The position numbers and the translations under genes were made by a program. Under the pieces are notes generated by a model that was given only the letters and a program-made list of their open reading frames with translations, was not told where the DNA came from and ran no database searches. DNA of 64,000 nt from Nitrospinales bacterium (GTDB lineage Bacteria > Nitrospinota > Nitrospinia > Nitrospinales > VA-1), in NCBI GenBank assembly GCA_965223345.1, contig CBDCWG010000012.1, forward strand, positions 2,336,001-2,400,000, in the 5' to 3' direction. The first letter of the stretch is position 1. Each line of letters begins with the position of its first letter. Positions 11,440-20,630 of the stretch are shown in pieces.

Positions 11440-12534
11440 GTGACTATCATGAATGAGGAAAATAGAAATGATTCACAGGAACCGATCCATGTATCTGTAG
11501 TCGTCCCCACTTATAACGAGAAAGATTTTATCGAAAACTGTCTGGAATCGATCATGAACAACGGGTATCCGGAAAAATATCTGGAGATCCTTGTGTGCGA
11601 CGGGATGAGTGATGACGGAACACGGGACATCGTGGGGCGAATGAAAAAGAAATATCCCGCAATCCATTTGATCGACAATCCAAAGCGGCACACCCCCTCT
11701 GGATTCAACGCGGGTATACGCGCTGCCAAATCGGATGTGGTGATTATCATGGGCGCCCACGCGCATTACTGTAAAGATTATATTCGCAAGAATGTGGAGC
11801 GGCTGTATGAATACAATGCCGACAATGTGGGTGGTGTGCTCATCACCAAACCCAGAAATACGGGGCTGATATCGAAAGCGATCGTGTCTGTCTTGACCAG
11901 CAAGTTCGGCGTTGGAAACTCTAAATTTCGTACCGGCTCGAACGATCCCATTGAAGCGGATACGGTATTCGGGGGGTGTTACAGAAAGTCTGTATTCAAC
12001 CGGATAGGGCTGTTCAACGAAAATCTGATCTGTTCGCAGGACATCGAATTCAATATTCGTTTGAAACGGGCGGGTGGGAAGATATTGCTGTTCCCGGATA
12101 TCCTGGTCGAGTACTTTGCGAGATCCCGTCTGTGGGAGTTTTTGCAGCATAATTTCAGAAACGGATTCTGGGCAGTGTATCCATTCAAATATACGGATTA
12201 CATGCCTGTGAAAATTCGGCATTTGATCCCATTATTTTTTTTCCTGGCTCTGATGGGATGCACTTCCTTTGCCCTTCTATTTGACTCGTATTATCTATTG
12301 AAGCTGTTGTTGGTGTTGTATTTCTCAGCTGCATTCTATTTTTCAGCGATGCAAGCGATCAAGGAATCCAGGCCGATCAATGTAATCCTGTTGCCTTTCC
12401 TGTTTTTCTCCCTTCACCTCAGCTATGGAGCCGGATCCTTGTTGGCGGTCATAAAGCTCATCACATCAAAAGATTTTTGGCTGTGCTGGTTTGGGAAAAT
12501 GCAGAAAAGCGAACCGCGTTCTGTGAAAATATGA
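11440..12534 (+). CDS. Glycosyltransferase family 2 (ExoA-like)
   Basis: VSVVVPTYNE, DGMSDDGT, QDIEFNIRL, C-terminal TM helices. Confidence 0.88.
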   Translation: MTIMNEENRNDSQEPIHVSVVVPTYNEKDFIENCLESIMNNGYPEKYLEILVCDGMSDDGTRDIVGRMKKKYPAIHLIDNPKRHTPSGFNAGIRAAKSDVVIIMGAHAHYCKDYIRKNVERLYEYNADNVGGVLITKPRNTGLISKAIVSVLTSKFGVGNSKFRTGSNDPIEADTVFGGCYRKSVFNRIGLFNENLICSQDIEFNIRLKRAGGKILLFPDILVEYFARSRLWEFLQHNFRNGFWAVYPFKYTDYMPVKIRHLIPLFFFLALMGCTSFALLFDSYYLLKLLLVLYFSAAFYFSAMQAIKESRPINVILLPFLFFSLHLSYGAGSLLAVIKLITSKDFWLCWFGKMQKSEPRSVKI

Positions 12535-12537
12535 ACT

Positions 12538-13536
12538 TTGAATCTTGATATGAAACTGCAAAAGATACCTTCATTGGTTGAAGAAAACCGGAGTAGTGAC
12601 TGCACCAATTGTATTTTTGAACAGCCCTGGTGGTTGGACGTGGTGGCTCCGGGCGAGTGGGGCGAAGTGGTGGTCCAAAACGCGGATCGTGTGTCGGCCC
12701 GTTTGCCTTATGTGCAGAAAAAACGATTTGGAAAGACGTTCATCCTGATGCCGCCTTTGACGCAAACCTTGGGGCCCTGGTTCGAACCCATCACGGGAAA
12801 ATATTCCAATATCGCCAGCAAACGGAAAGAGTTCATCAATAAACTGTTGGATCAGCTTCCCCCTTATGACTTTTTGAGGATGGAGCTTCACTACAGTCTG
12901 GATAACTGGCTCCCCTTTTATTGGCGCGGATTCACGCAGACCACTTATTATACCTACGTGATCGAGGATTTGTCCGATCCGGAAAAAATCTGGAACGGCT
13001 TCGACTCCACTGTGCGTAATCGAATACGCAAAGCGCAAAAACTGATTCGGGTCCACAACGATCCGGATATAGAAAAGTTCATTCACATCAACAAGCTCAC
13101 CTTTGAGCGGCAGGGCATGTCCTTGCCCTACGAAGAAGAATTCATTCGCAGGCTGGATTCCGCGTGCAGCCGCAATGGCGCCCGCAGAATATTTTTTGCG
13201 GAAGATGAAAATGGCAACACGCATTCCGCTATTTATATTATTTGGGACAAAAACTCCGCCTATTACCTGATGGGGGGGATCGATCCCAAAAATGCAGCGA
13301 GTTATGCGAACCCACTGTTGTTTTGGGAAGCCATCCAATTCTGTTCTACCGTCACAAACAAGTTTGATTTTGAAGGATCGATGGTGGAGCCGATCGAAAA
13401 GTTCATGCGCGGATTCGGCGCGGTGCAGAAACCCTATTTTGAAGTGATGGATACGAGTCAATCCATAAAGATGTTGATGGCGGGTGTGGATATGTTTGGC
13501 GGACTGCGAAAAGTGAAAAGCTGGGTTCAGGGCTGA
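12538..13536 (+). CDS. GNAT-fold FemAB-like acyl/aminoacyl transferase
   Basis: IFEQPWWLD, PPLTQTLGP, RNRIRKA, FDFEGSM...FMRGFGA. Confidence 0.78.
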   Translation: MNLDMKLQKIPSLVEENRSSDCTNCIFEQPWWLDVVAPGEWGEVVVQNADRVSARLPYVQKKRFGKTFILMPPLTQTLGPWFEPITGKYSNIASKRKEFINKLLDQLPPYDFLRMELHYSLDNWLPFYWRGFTQTTYYTYVIEDLSDPEKIWNGFDSTVRNRIRKAQKLIRVHNDPDIEKFIHINKLTFERQGMSLPYEEEFIRRLDSACSRNGARRIFFAEDENGNTHSAIYIIWDKNSAYYLMGGIDPKNAASYANPLLFWEAIQFCSTVTNKFDFEGSMVEPIEKFMRGFGAVQKPYFEVMDTSQSIKMLMAGVDMFGGLRKVKSWVQG

Positions 13537-13586
13537 TCCCACCGGGAGGATTTTGAGAGCAAAATACGGATTAGGCAGTTCGGATA

Positions 13587-15029
13587 TCAGTTTTGAATGT
13601 TGTCTATCAGATTGTGAAGCATGCCTTGCAGGATTTTATCGTCGGCCAGACTTTGCGTGAACGAAACGGAGCCGGCGTTGAACAGCCATCCCCCGTTTTC
13701 CAGTTCTTTGAATGTCATGCAGGCCGGGCCTTCTTTGTTGGTGCCCATTGCCAGCACGATAAATCCTGCGCTGGCGGCGGTCAATTTGTCTGTCTCGTAA
13801 CCGCTGGCGCCATAAGCGCCGCTGGAAATTTCGATTTCATCGCCGTAATTATGGCGGGAAAACTTGGCCGATTTCGAACGCATCGAGTTGTTTCCCGCGC
13901 CGATTTCATCTCCCTGGTTGAGTTTCAGGCCTTTGAATATCCAGTGGTCAGGCTGTTCTACCCGGTATCCGGAGGAGGTCAGGTAACCCAGCGCATTGTA
14001 TGCGGCGCCGATCAATCCGGATATTTCCAGGGCGTCGGTTTCCTCTTTGATGACCGCCAACGCGTTTTCCAGGAACTGAACTTCGCGGTATAGATTGTTC
14101 CCGGAAAGAAAAAGTATTTTGGTTCCCGCCTGCATGGACTGACTCAATCGGCCCATCATTTCCTGTGACCAGTATTCGCTGTGCGTGTTGAAGATGAACC
14201 CCTGTGCCGTTTCCGAGCCGTTAAACGCAAAATCGCGGTCGGTGATCAGGTTATAGGAAATCCCTTTATCTTCTAAAAAGCGAATCAAATTCCATTCCCC
14301 GCGTATCAGGTGGGAGAATGATTTTTTCCGCTTGCCCTCGAGGTCTTTCAGATCGCGATCAATCCTTGAATTGGGGCGGGCAAATGCCAGCGGAGTGATC
14401 GGGAAATAATGCCGGCTGCCGATTTTAAAGCGCCAGTTTAAAAACTGAAACAATTTCAGGATCAGCTTGAGCGGGTAGGGCGTGATGAAGTCTTTATAAA
14501 ATGATTTGCCGCCAAAATCGTTATAGGCCTGCCAGGTGTTGCTGGAAGAGACGACCCACAAGCGCTCCGGTTTGTTCGATCTAATAATGAAGGGAACGCG
14601 AAAAGCCGATTCGGGTTTGTGTTGATGCGAGATCCTGGCAAAGAACAGCCCTTTCCCCCAACCTTCGGTGCTCAATGTGCAATTGGTTTTCCAGTCCAGA
14701 CCCTTCCAGGGGGTGAACGCATTGGACATCACCGATGGGTTGATGTGTTCCGATATATCGAGTTTTTTGAGAGAGCTGCCCAAGTGGAAGATTTCCACGA
14801 CCGCCGGTTTGTGGGTGTGAATGCACAAGGAGAGCGGTTCCCCCTGCTTTATGGAATGAACGGGAAGGTAGGCCACCGGATCCGGAAGGCGCACATGGAT
14901 GTTCCATTTTTTCAGGATGTACAGATACACATGCTGGGCGGCGGCAAATGCAGTGGCAAACGCAATGAGCGCGGTTATTGCCAGTAAAATGAGAAGCAGA
15001 TAAGAAACAAAATCCATCCGAAGATTCAA
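13587..15029 (-). CDS. N,N-dimethylformamidase large-subunit-like protein with N-terminal TM anchor
   Basis: NTWQAYNDFGGKSFY, FARP, THSEYWS, FLSGNN, GYETD motifs. Confidence 0.7.
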   Translation of the reverse strand: MNLRMDFVSYLLLILLAITALIAFATAFAAAQHVYLYILKKWNIHVRLPDPVAYLPVHSIKQGEPLSLCIHTHKPAVVEIFHLGSSLKKLDISEHINPSVMSNAFTPWKGLDWKTNCTLSTEGWGKGLFFARISHQHKPESAFRVPFIIRSNKPERLWVVSSSNTWQAYNDFGGKSFYKDFITPYPLKLILKLFQFLNWRFKIGSRHYFPITPLAFARPNSRIDRDLKDLEGKRKKSFSHLIRGEWNLIRFLEDKGISYNLITDRDFAFNGSETAQGFIFNTHSEYWSQEMMGRLSQSMQAGTKILFLSGNNLYREVQFLENALAVIKEETDALEISGLIGAAYNALGYLTSSGYRVEQPDHWIFKGLKLNQGDEIGAGNNSMRSKSAKFSRHNYGDEIEISSGAYGASGYETDKLTAASAGFIVLAMGTNKEGPACMTFKELENGGWLFNAGSVSFTQSLADDKILQGMLHNLIDNIQN

Positions 15030-15045
15030 AAAGAGATTTCAGGGT

Positions 15046-16053
15046 TCATTTTGCGGAAGGGTGAAAAAACTTTCTCAGCATCGTTCTCGGTGCGTAATAC
15101 AGGTCGTAAGCCGCATCCCGGGCCCAGTAGATGAAAGGGTATTTTGATTTGTAAAACCAGGATTGCTCGAAAGGAGTCACGCCGTATTTTTTTTTGTATT
15201 CGCCCTCTCCACCCCAGTCGTGCCAGCGCATTCCCTTTTTTTTCCAGTAACGCATCGCGTGCCAGTGCAACGCTTCATTCGGCCGCACGTTCTGATATTC
15301 CCTCAGGCTGGCATTTCCCCAGAAATATGAGAATTTGTTGATCCCCGTGTAGATTCCCGTTGCGATGATTTTATTTTCTTTATTTCTGGCTTGCAGGAGC
15401 AGGAGATTGCCCGAACCGTGATAATGATCGATCAGGTTCTTCACCCGGTCGATTCCATATGTGGGACGCAACCCCTGTTTCCTGAAAACATCCTGCAACT
15501 GTTCGAAATAGATTTCAGCGAACCCTTCCTTGGGCGCCTCTTCGATCACCACACCTTCTTTGTTGGCTTTGCGGATGCAACGCTGGCAGGAACTTTTCAT
15601 CTGCTTGAACAATTGTTCTTCCGGCAGAGAAAGATCCGACAAATAGCAGTAAAACGAGCGGTGGCGGTAGCCCAGACCTTCCGTGTCCTTGCGGGTCAAG
15701 AAGCGATCGTTGATCTCCAGATGCAACGCTCCCAACTCTCTAAAGGCAAAAGACTCGAAGGTTTTCAGTGCATCTCTACGCGGTATCCCCTCCGATAAAT
15801 TGAAACCCATATAGGGCGTGGTCCAGCCCGGGAAGGGGCTGCCCAGAATAGGCAGGCCAAACTTTCTGAAACGAATGCCGGTGAAATAGCCGCTCACACG
15901 TTCGCCGTCGAGCAGCGATGCGATCACCACTTCTCCACCTGTGAACTTCATGAGGAATTCAAGCCAGTTTTTGGTCTGCGAAAAGGTTCGGTCGGAAAAT
16001 CGGTCCAGGTGAGACCAGTCCACAGCCGAAAACGGCACCTGTTCCCATTTCAT
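15046..16053 (-). CDS. GNAT-fold FemAB-like protein
   Basis: GSPFPGWTTPYMG, RCIRKA, RPNEALHW, DWGG..YKKKYG. Confidence 0.78.
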   Translation of the reverse strand: MKWEQVPFSAVDWSHLDRFSDRTFSQTKNWLEFLMKFTGGEVVIASLLDGERVSGYFTGIRFRKFGLPILGSPFPGWTTPYMGFNLSEGIPRRDALKTFESFAFRELGALHLEINDRFLTRKDTEGLGYRHRSFYCYLSDLSLPEEQLFKQMKSSCQRCIRKANKEGVVIEEAPKEGFAEIYFEQLQDVFRKQGLRPTYGIDRVKNLIDHYHGSGNLLLLQARNKENKIIATGIYTGINKFSYFWGNASLREYQNVRPNEALHWHAMRYWKKKGMRWHDWGGEGEYKKKYGVTPFEQSWFYKSKYPFIYWARDAAYDLYYAPRTMLRKFFHPSAK

Positions 16054-16236
16054 TGTCGTGACCTGGATGAAGATCGCACGTTTGCAAACAAGTTCAGAGT
16101 AACAAGGAAATACAAGGGAATAGTAAGTCGCTGGTTGTGGGGAAATTTGCGAAATTCTAATACGAACTCGATGGGATTGAAAGGTGAAAAAACGGCTTCC
16201 CGCTAACGGGTTGAAATCGTGTTCATGTAAAGCTTA

Positions 16237-16252
16237 AGAAAAATACGTGCCA
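16237..16252 (-). promoter_or_regulatory. Possible degenerate sigma54 promoter for the FemAB/DMFase-like pair
   Basis: Minus strand TGGCAC-GTATT-TTTCT; one mismatch, but at the conserved -12 G. Confidence 0.25.
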
Positions 16253-16447
16253 ATCTGAGGGTGTGCAGACCCTTGAGGATGAAAGAGGGGGACTGAGAAA
16301 GTTCGCAGGATTAGGAAGGGAAGGGGGAAGTTTACGGTTGGAGAATCACCCGTGCTGGCGTGCCGGCGCACGGCATTATTTTGAAGGGGGAGAAACCTCC
16401 CCCTCAAAAACGCGATGTGCTTGGGAGTTCTGGAAAGTGCGTGCGGG

Positions 16448-16753
16448 TCAGGAGGAAACTTCGTTGTTCTTTTTGTTCATCAGCTCAAGCATGCCCGTGG
16501 CCACCACGATGATTCCGCTGATCAAATACAAGTAGGCTGTCCATGCGGTGTCGCCGGAAAGAGTCACGAAATTGATTTTGTGGAAGGTGAAGCCTAAGTA
16601 AAAAACGAACGCATAGGTTCCCAGGATTCCAAGTTGATGCCTGCGGAAAAAGAGGCAAAGAGAAACGAAAATCATGAAGGTCGCAATTTCAAGCGGGAAC
16701 CCCCCTTGGTTCGCTTCCGTCCAGGACCAGGACGCTTGGGCGATCATATCCAT
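16448..16753 (-). CDS. Small hypothetical membrane protein (about 3 TM)
   Basis: Hydrophobic 101-aa ORF with AAGGAG SD upstream. Confidence 0.65.
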   Translation of the reverse strand: MDMIAQASWSWTEANQGGFPLEIATFMIFVSLCLFFRRHQLGILGTYAFVFYLGFTFHKINFVTLSGDTAWTAYLYLISGIIVVATGMLELMNKKNNEVSS

Positions 16754-17383
16754 TGGCCACTCCTTTGAGATGGTGCCATCCAGGTTTTGACATCTTAAAT
16801 TTACCTATAATGTTAGTTTCAGGTAAAAGGGCTGGTAAGTCAACGCTCTATTTTTAAAGGGTTTGATTTGTCATGGCCCCAAACGGGAAGCTGGTTTGAC
16901 CGCGGTTTTTCAAGCCTATTCCTCTTTCTCCACCGATTCGCCGGCAAGCAGAGATTGGAATCGTACGCCTGGAGCTGTGCGCCCCCAAAATCCACGGAAT
17001 GACCGGCAAAAGAGTGGAGTAACGGCAAAAACAGCGGCACTATCTGATTGATTTTAAATAATCATAATAATTAAATTTAAATAAATTTATATTTAATATT
17101 GCTTATTTAGACAATTTTGGTTAGTTTTCCACTGAATTATCGGAACAACCGCTTTGCCGCAGTGGGGATGGCGTCCTTTTCCTCTCGCGCAGACGGAGTT
17201 CTATCTGACAGCAATGGGTTTTTGCCTGGAGCCCATTTCCCTTTCAAACACCGCACTTCACAAAAATACAGAGAAACTGAATTTCAGCCTAATTGAGCCG
17301 CATTTTGATTGTCACAGCGCAGCGAGATCGTTGATTGCCTTCAGGCGGCGGTGCGCTCCGGAAAAGGAGTGGGAGGTATCGTT

Positions 17384-19150
17384 TTGGAAATCGAATACAC
17401 GGGACATGCCGGTTTTATCGTGCGCGGGAAAGAGCGCTCCCTGATCCTGGACCCTTGGGTGAGCGCAGGAGGGGCGTTCGACAACTCCTGGTATCAGATG
17501 CCCTGCAATCACCACCTGAAGCAGGGGATGCTGGAAAAATTCAACGCCCGCAACAGCCTGCTCTACATTTCCCACCTGCATCAGGACCATTTCGACCGCG
17601 AGTTTTTAAAAGAGGTGGACAAGGACACGCCGATCCTGATTCCCAAATTCGAGAGCCGGGATTTCGTTCAGGAACTGGATCGGTTGGGATTCGCCTTCAT
17701 CCGGGAAATCGAGGACAGCGAGTCGATCGCGGTGTCGGGTTTCGCAATCACTGTGTTCGTCGATGACCGGGGGCTGAATCGGGATTCCGCCATTCTGGTA
17801 CGCAAGGATTCACAGAGCTTTTTGAATCTCAACGACTGCAAAATTTTCGACCGGTTGCACCACATTCAAAAAACCTTCGGCGACATCGACGTCTATTCCG
17901 TGCAGTTCAGCGGCGCTTCCTGGCATCCTGTCACATATCAATACACGGCGGATGAATTCGAAAAACTCTGCCGCAAGAAAAAAAACAGCAAATTCGCAAC
18001 CGTTCTCAATTCCCTGAAGCTGCTTTCCCCGCGTCACTACATCCCCTCGGCGGGGCCGGCCTGCTTTCTCGATCCCGATCTCAGGTGGATCAATGAGTTT
18101 GCCGAGAACTCGTTTCCCAGCAAATTCGAATTCATCGACTACCTCACGAGAAAAGGGTTCGGGGATTGCGTTCTCGATATGAATCCCGGAGATGTGTTTT
18201 GCACCACGCAAGACAAGTTCTCGCAAAAGCTCCCCGCCACGCTCAGCCGGGACAATTACCAGCAGTACATCGAGGAATACGCCCGCAGCCACTGCGATCG
18301 ATTTACAGATCGAAAAAGGTTCACCGGCCGCGAAAGCCTGGAACCCCTGTTTGCGCGGCTCAGGCAGGCGTTGACCCAAAAGGTCCGGGTGTTCGATCCT
18401 CCCGATTTCGTCGAATGCGTTCTCTACTTCTCTCTGTTCGAGCAGCCGGACCGTTACATCCGCATCGATTTGAACGCCGGGACGGTCGAGGAGACGGACC
18501 ACATCGACAGCGAAAAATATTACTGCATCGCCTATCCGGCCTGGCAGATCGCGCGCCTGCTGGACGGCGCGATTTCCTGGGAAGACCTCTCGCTGACGTT
18601 TCGCGCGCGCGTCAAACGCAACCCGGACCAGTACAACACCTATGTGAACGGTTTTCTTTATCTGGAAAGCCGGGATCTGCCGAAGTTCATCGACAAAGTG
18701 GCGGCGCTCAAAGCCAACACGCAGCGGGTGGACATTCAACACGACGACAAGACCTACGAGATCGCCCGGTTTTGCCCGCACCAGGGGGCCGATCTGAAAT
18801 ACGGCTGGGCGGACGAGGGCTGCTGGGTCTGCCCGCGGCATCGCTGGATGTTCGATCTGGATTCGGGAAACTGCGTCAACAGCGACGATACCATCTTCGT
18901 CCGGGAAACGGTTCCCGCTGCCGATCGCGACAAGGAAAAGGCGCCGGTCGCGGCCACCTCGAAACGCGGCCTGACCATCAAGCGGTTCACGCCGGAAGAG
19001 AAAGTGCGCATCGTGCTCGCCGGTCTGCGCGATGTGGAGGGCGTCCCCACACTGTGCCGGCGCGAAGGCATTTCGCTGCAAATTTATAACCGCTGGAGCG
19101 AGGATTTTGTCGAGGCCGGAAAAAAACGGCTCATGGGGGTCAAGGAATGA
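17384..19150 (+). CDS. NamH/CMAH-like MBL-fold plus Rieske hydroxylase with C-terminal IS3 OrfA-like HTH
   Basis: GHAGF, DPW, SHLHQDH, NLND, QFSGASWHP, PSAGPACFL; Rieske CPH...CPRH; TTG start at 17384 after GGAGGT (ORF track starts at 17309). Confidence 0.8.
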   Translation: MEIEYTGHAGFIVRGKERSLILDPWVSAGGAFDNSWYQMPCNHHLKQGMLEKFNARNSLLYISHLHQDHFDREFLKEVDKDTPILIPKFESRDFVQELDRLGFAFIREIEDSESIAVSGFAITVFVDDRGLNRDSAILVRKDSQSFLNLNDCKIFDRLHHIQKTFGDIDVYSVQFSGASWHPVTYQYTADEFEKLCRKKKNSKFATVLNSLKLLSPRHYIPSAGPACFLDPDLRWINEFAENSFPSKFEFIDYLTRKGFGDCVLDMNPGDVFCTTQDKFSQKLPATLSRDNYQQYIEEYARSHCDRFTDRKRFTGRESLEPLFARLRQALTQKVRVFDPPDFVECVLYFSLFEQPDRYIRIDLNAGTVEETDHIDSEKYYCIAYPAWQIARLLDGAISWEDLSLTFRARVKRNPDQYNTYVNGFLYLESRDLPKFIDKVAALKANTQRVDIQHDDKTYEIARFCPHQGADLKYGWADEGCWVCPRHRWMFDLDSGNCVNSDDTIFVRETVPAADRDKEKAPVAATSKRGLTIKRFTPEEKVRIVLAGLRDVEGVPTLCRREGISLQIYNRWSEDFVEAGKKRLMGVKE

Positions 19151-19168
19151 CGGCCGGGCGGTTGGGCC

Positions 19169-20563
19169 TCAAAGATTCTCCGACTTGAAGACGATCAATT
19201 TCTCTTCCGTCATCTCATCCATCGCCGGGCAAATGCCGCCCACACCCAGGCCCGAGGCCTTTCGTCCCGCAAACGGCATCCAGTCCACCCTGAACGCGGT
19301 GTGGTCGTTGATCATCACCGCGGCGGCGTTCAGGTGGTTCGCCGCATCGAGGGCGGCGTCCACATCCTGCGTGAACACCGCGGCCTGGAACGCATAGGGA
19401 ATCTTGTTGGCGCGCCGGATCGCCGCACGGCGGTCGCTGTAGGAATACACACTGACCACCGGGCCGAAGATTTCCTCCTGCGAAAGCCGCACGCTGTCGG
19501 GCGGATCGAGCACCACCGTCGGCGCGTAGCAGGTCTTGTTGAGCCGGCGGCCTCCCGATATCACACCGGCGCCCGCATCTTTCGCTTCCTCCACCCATTC
19601 GGCCACGCGATCGACTTCCCGTTCCAGGATCAACGGACCCACTTCGGTGATGTCGTTCAGCGGGTTCCCCACCTTGAGCTGATTCGTGAGCGCCGACAAT
19701 TCCCCCGCCACGCGCTCGACGATCCTCTGGTGCGCAAACACGCGCTGCACGGAAACGCAGACCTGACCGGCGTGGTAGTAGCCGCCCTTCAAGAGCGCCG
19801 GCATGGTTTTGCGGACGTCGGCGTCGGCCTCAATGATCACCGGGGCGGCGCCGCCGTGTTCCAGGGCGCAGCGGGTTCCCGGCGCCGCTTTCGCGCGCAG
19901 CTGCCAGCCGACTTTGGCGGAGCCGATGAAGGACAGAAACCGCACGCGTGAGTCGGTGGCCAGTTTCTCGGCCAGCGAGTTGTCGATCAGCATCGCCCGG
20001 CACCAGTCCTCGGGAAGACCGGCCTCCTTCAGGCAATCGAGAAGGTTGAGGCACGATAGCGGCGTCGTGAGCGCCGGTTTCACGATGACCGGGCAGCCCA
20101 CGGCGAGGGCGGGGATGACCTGATGCACGATCAGATTGAAAGGGTGGTTGAAGGCGCTGATCGCCGCCACCAGACCGATCGGTTCGCGCACCGTGAACGC
20201 CCAGCGGTGGCGCGACGATTCACTGAGGTTCATGGGGATCTGCCGTCCGGTGAGTTCCGGGATGCAGCGTGCCGCCTCGCGGATGCCCTGAACGGCCCGG
20301 TCCAGCTCCACGCGCGAATCCAGCAGCGGCTTCCCGCCTTCCTCCGCAGCCTGCCGCGCGAACGCCTCGCGTTTTTCGTGCACCAGGTCCGCGGTTTTTT
20401 CCAGGATGCGGATGCGCTCATCCGGCGTGAGCGCCTTATCCGGGTTTTCCGCCAGTCTGGAGCCGCTGTGCAGCGCCCGTTCCAGCTCGGCTTCGGTGTT
20501 CCAGTCCAGCTCTGCGATCCGATTGCCGTCGAAGGGGGATTGAACTTCGAGTTTGCTATCCAT
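19169..20563 (-). CDS. Aldehyde dehydrogenase (ALDH21/RL0313-like; candidate succinate-semialdehyde dehydrogenase)
   Basis: AFNHPFNL, FIGSAKVG, LEHGG, AGQVCVSVQR, EEIFGPV, FRVDWMPF. Confidence 0.88.
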   Translation of the reverse strand: MDSKLEVQSPFDGNRIAELDWNTEAELERALHSGSRLAENPDKALTPDERIRILEKTADLVHEKREAFARQAAEEGGKPLLDSRVELDRAVQGIREAARCIPELTGRQIPMNLSESSRHRWAFTVREPIGLVAAISAFNHPFNLIVHQVIPALAVGCPVIVKPALTTPLSCLNLLDCLKEAGLPEDWCRAMLIDNSLAEKLATDSRVRFLSFIGSAKVGWQLRAKAAPGTRCALEHGGAAPVIIEADADVRKTMPALLKGGYYHAGQVCVSVQRVFAHQRIVERVAGELSALTNQLKVGNPLNDITEVGPLILEREVDRVAEWVEEAKDAGAGVISGGRRLNKTCYAPTVVLDPPDSVRLSQEEIFGPVVSVYSYSDRRAAIRRANKIPYAFQAAVFTQDVDAALDAANHLNAAAVMINDHTAFRVDWMPFAGRKASGLGVGGICPAMDEMTEEKLIVFKSENL

Positions 20564-20630
20564 AGGAGCGTGTTTCCTTCAGAGAAAAGATTTCAGAATG
20601 CCCGGGCCGGAGCCGGGACGCCGGAGTCCG

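Noticed and set aside
16787..16811. Perfect TTGACA and TATAAT hexamers
   Set aside because: The spacer is only 13 bp, too short for a sigma70 promoter
18932..19168. Intact IS3 element
   Set aside because: Only the OrfA HTH is present; no integrase domain, frameshift site or terminal repeats seen
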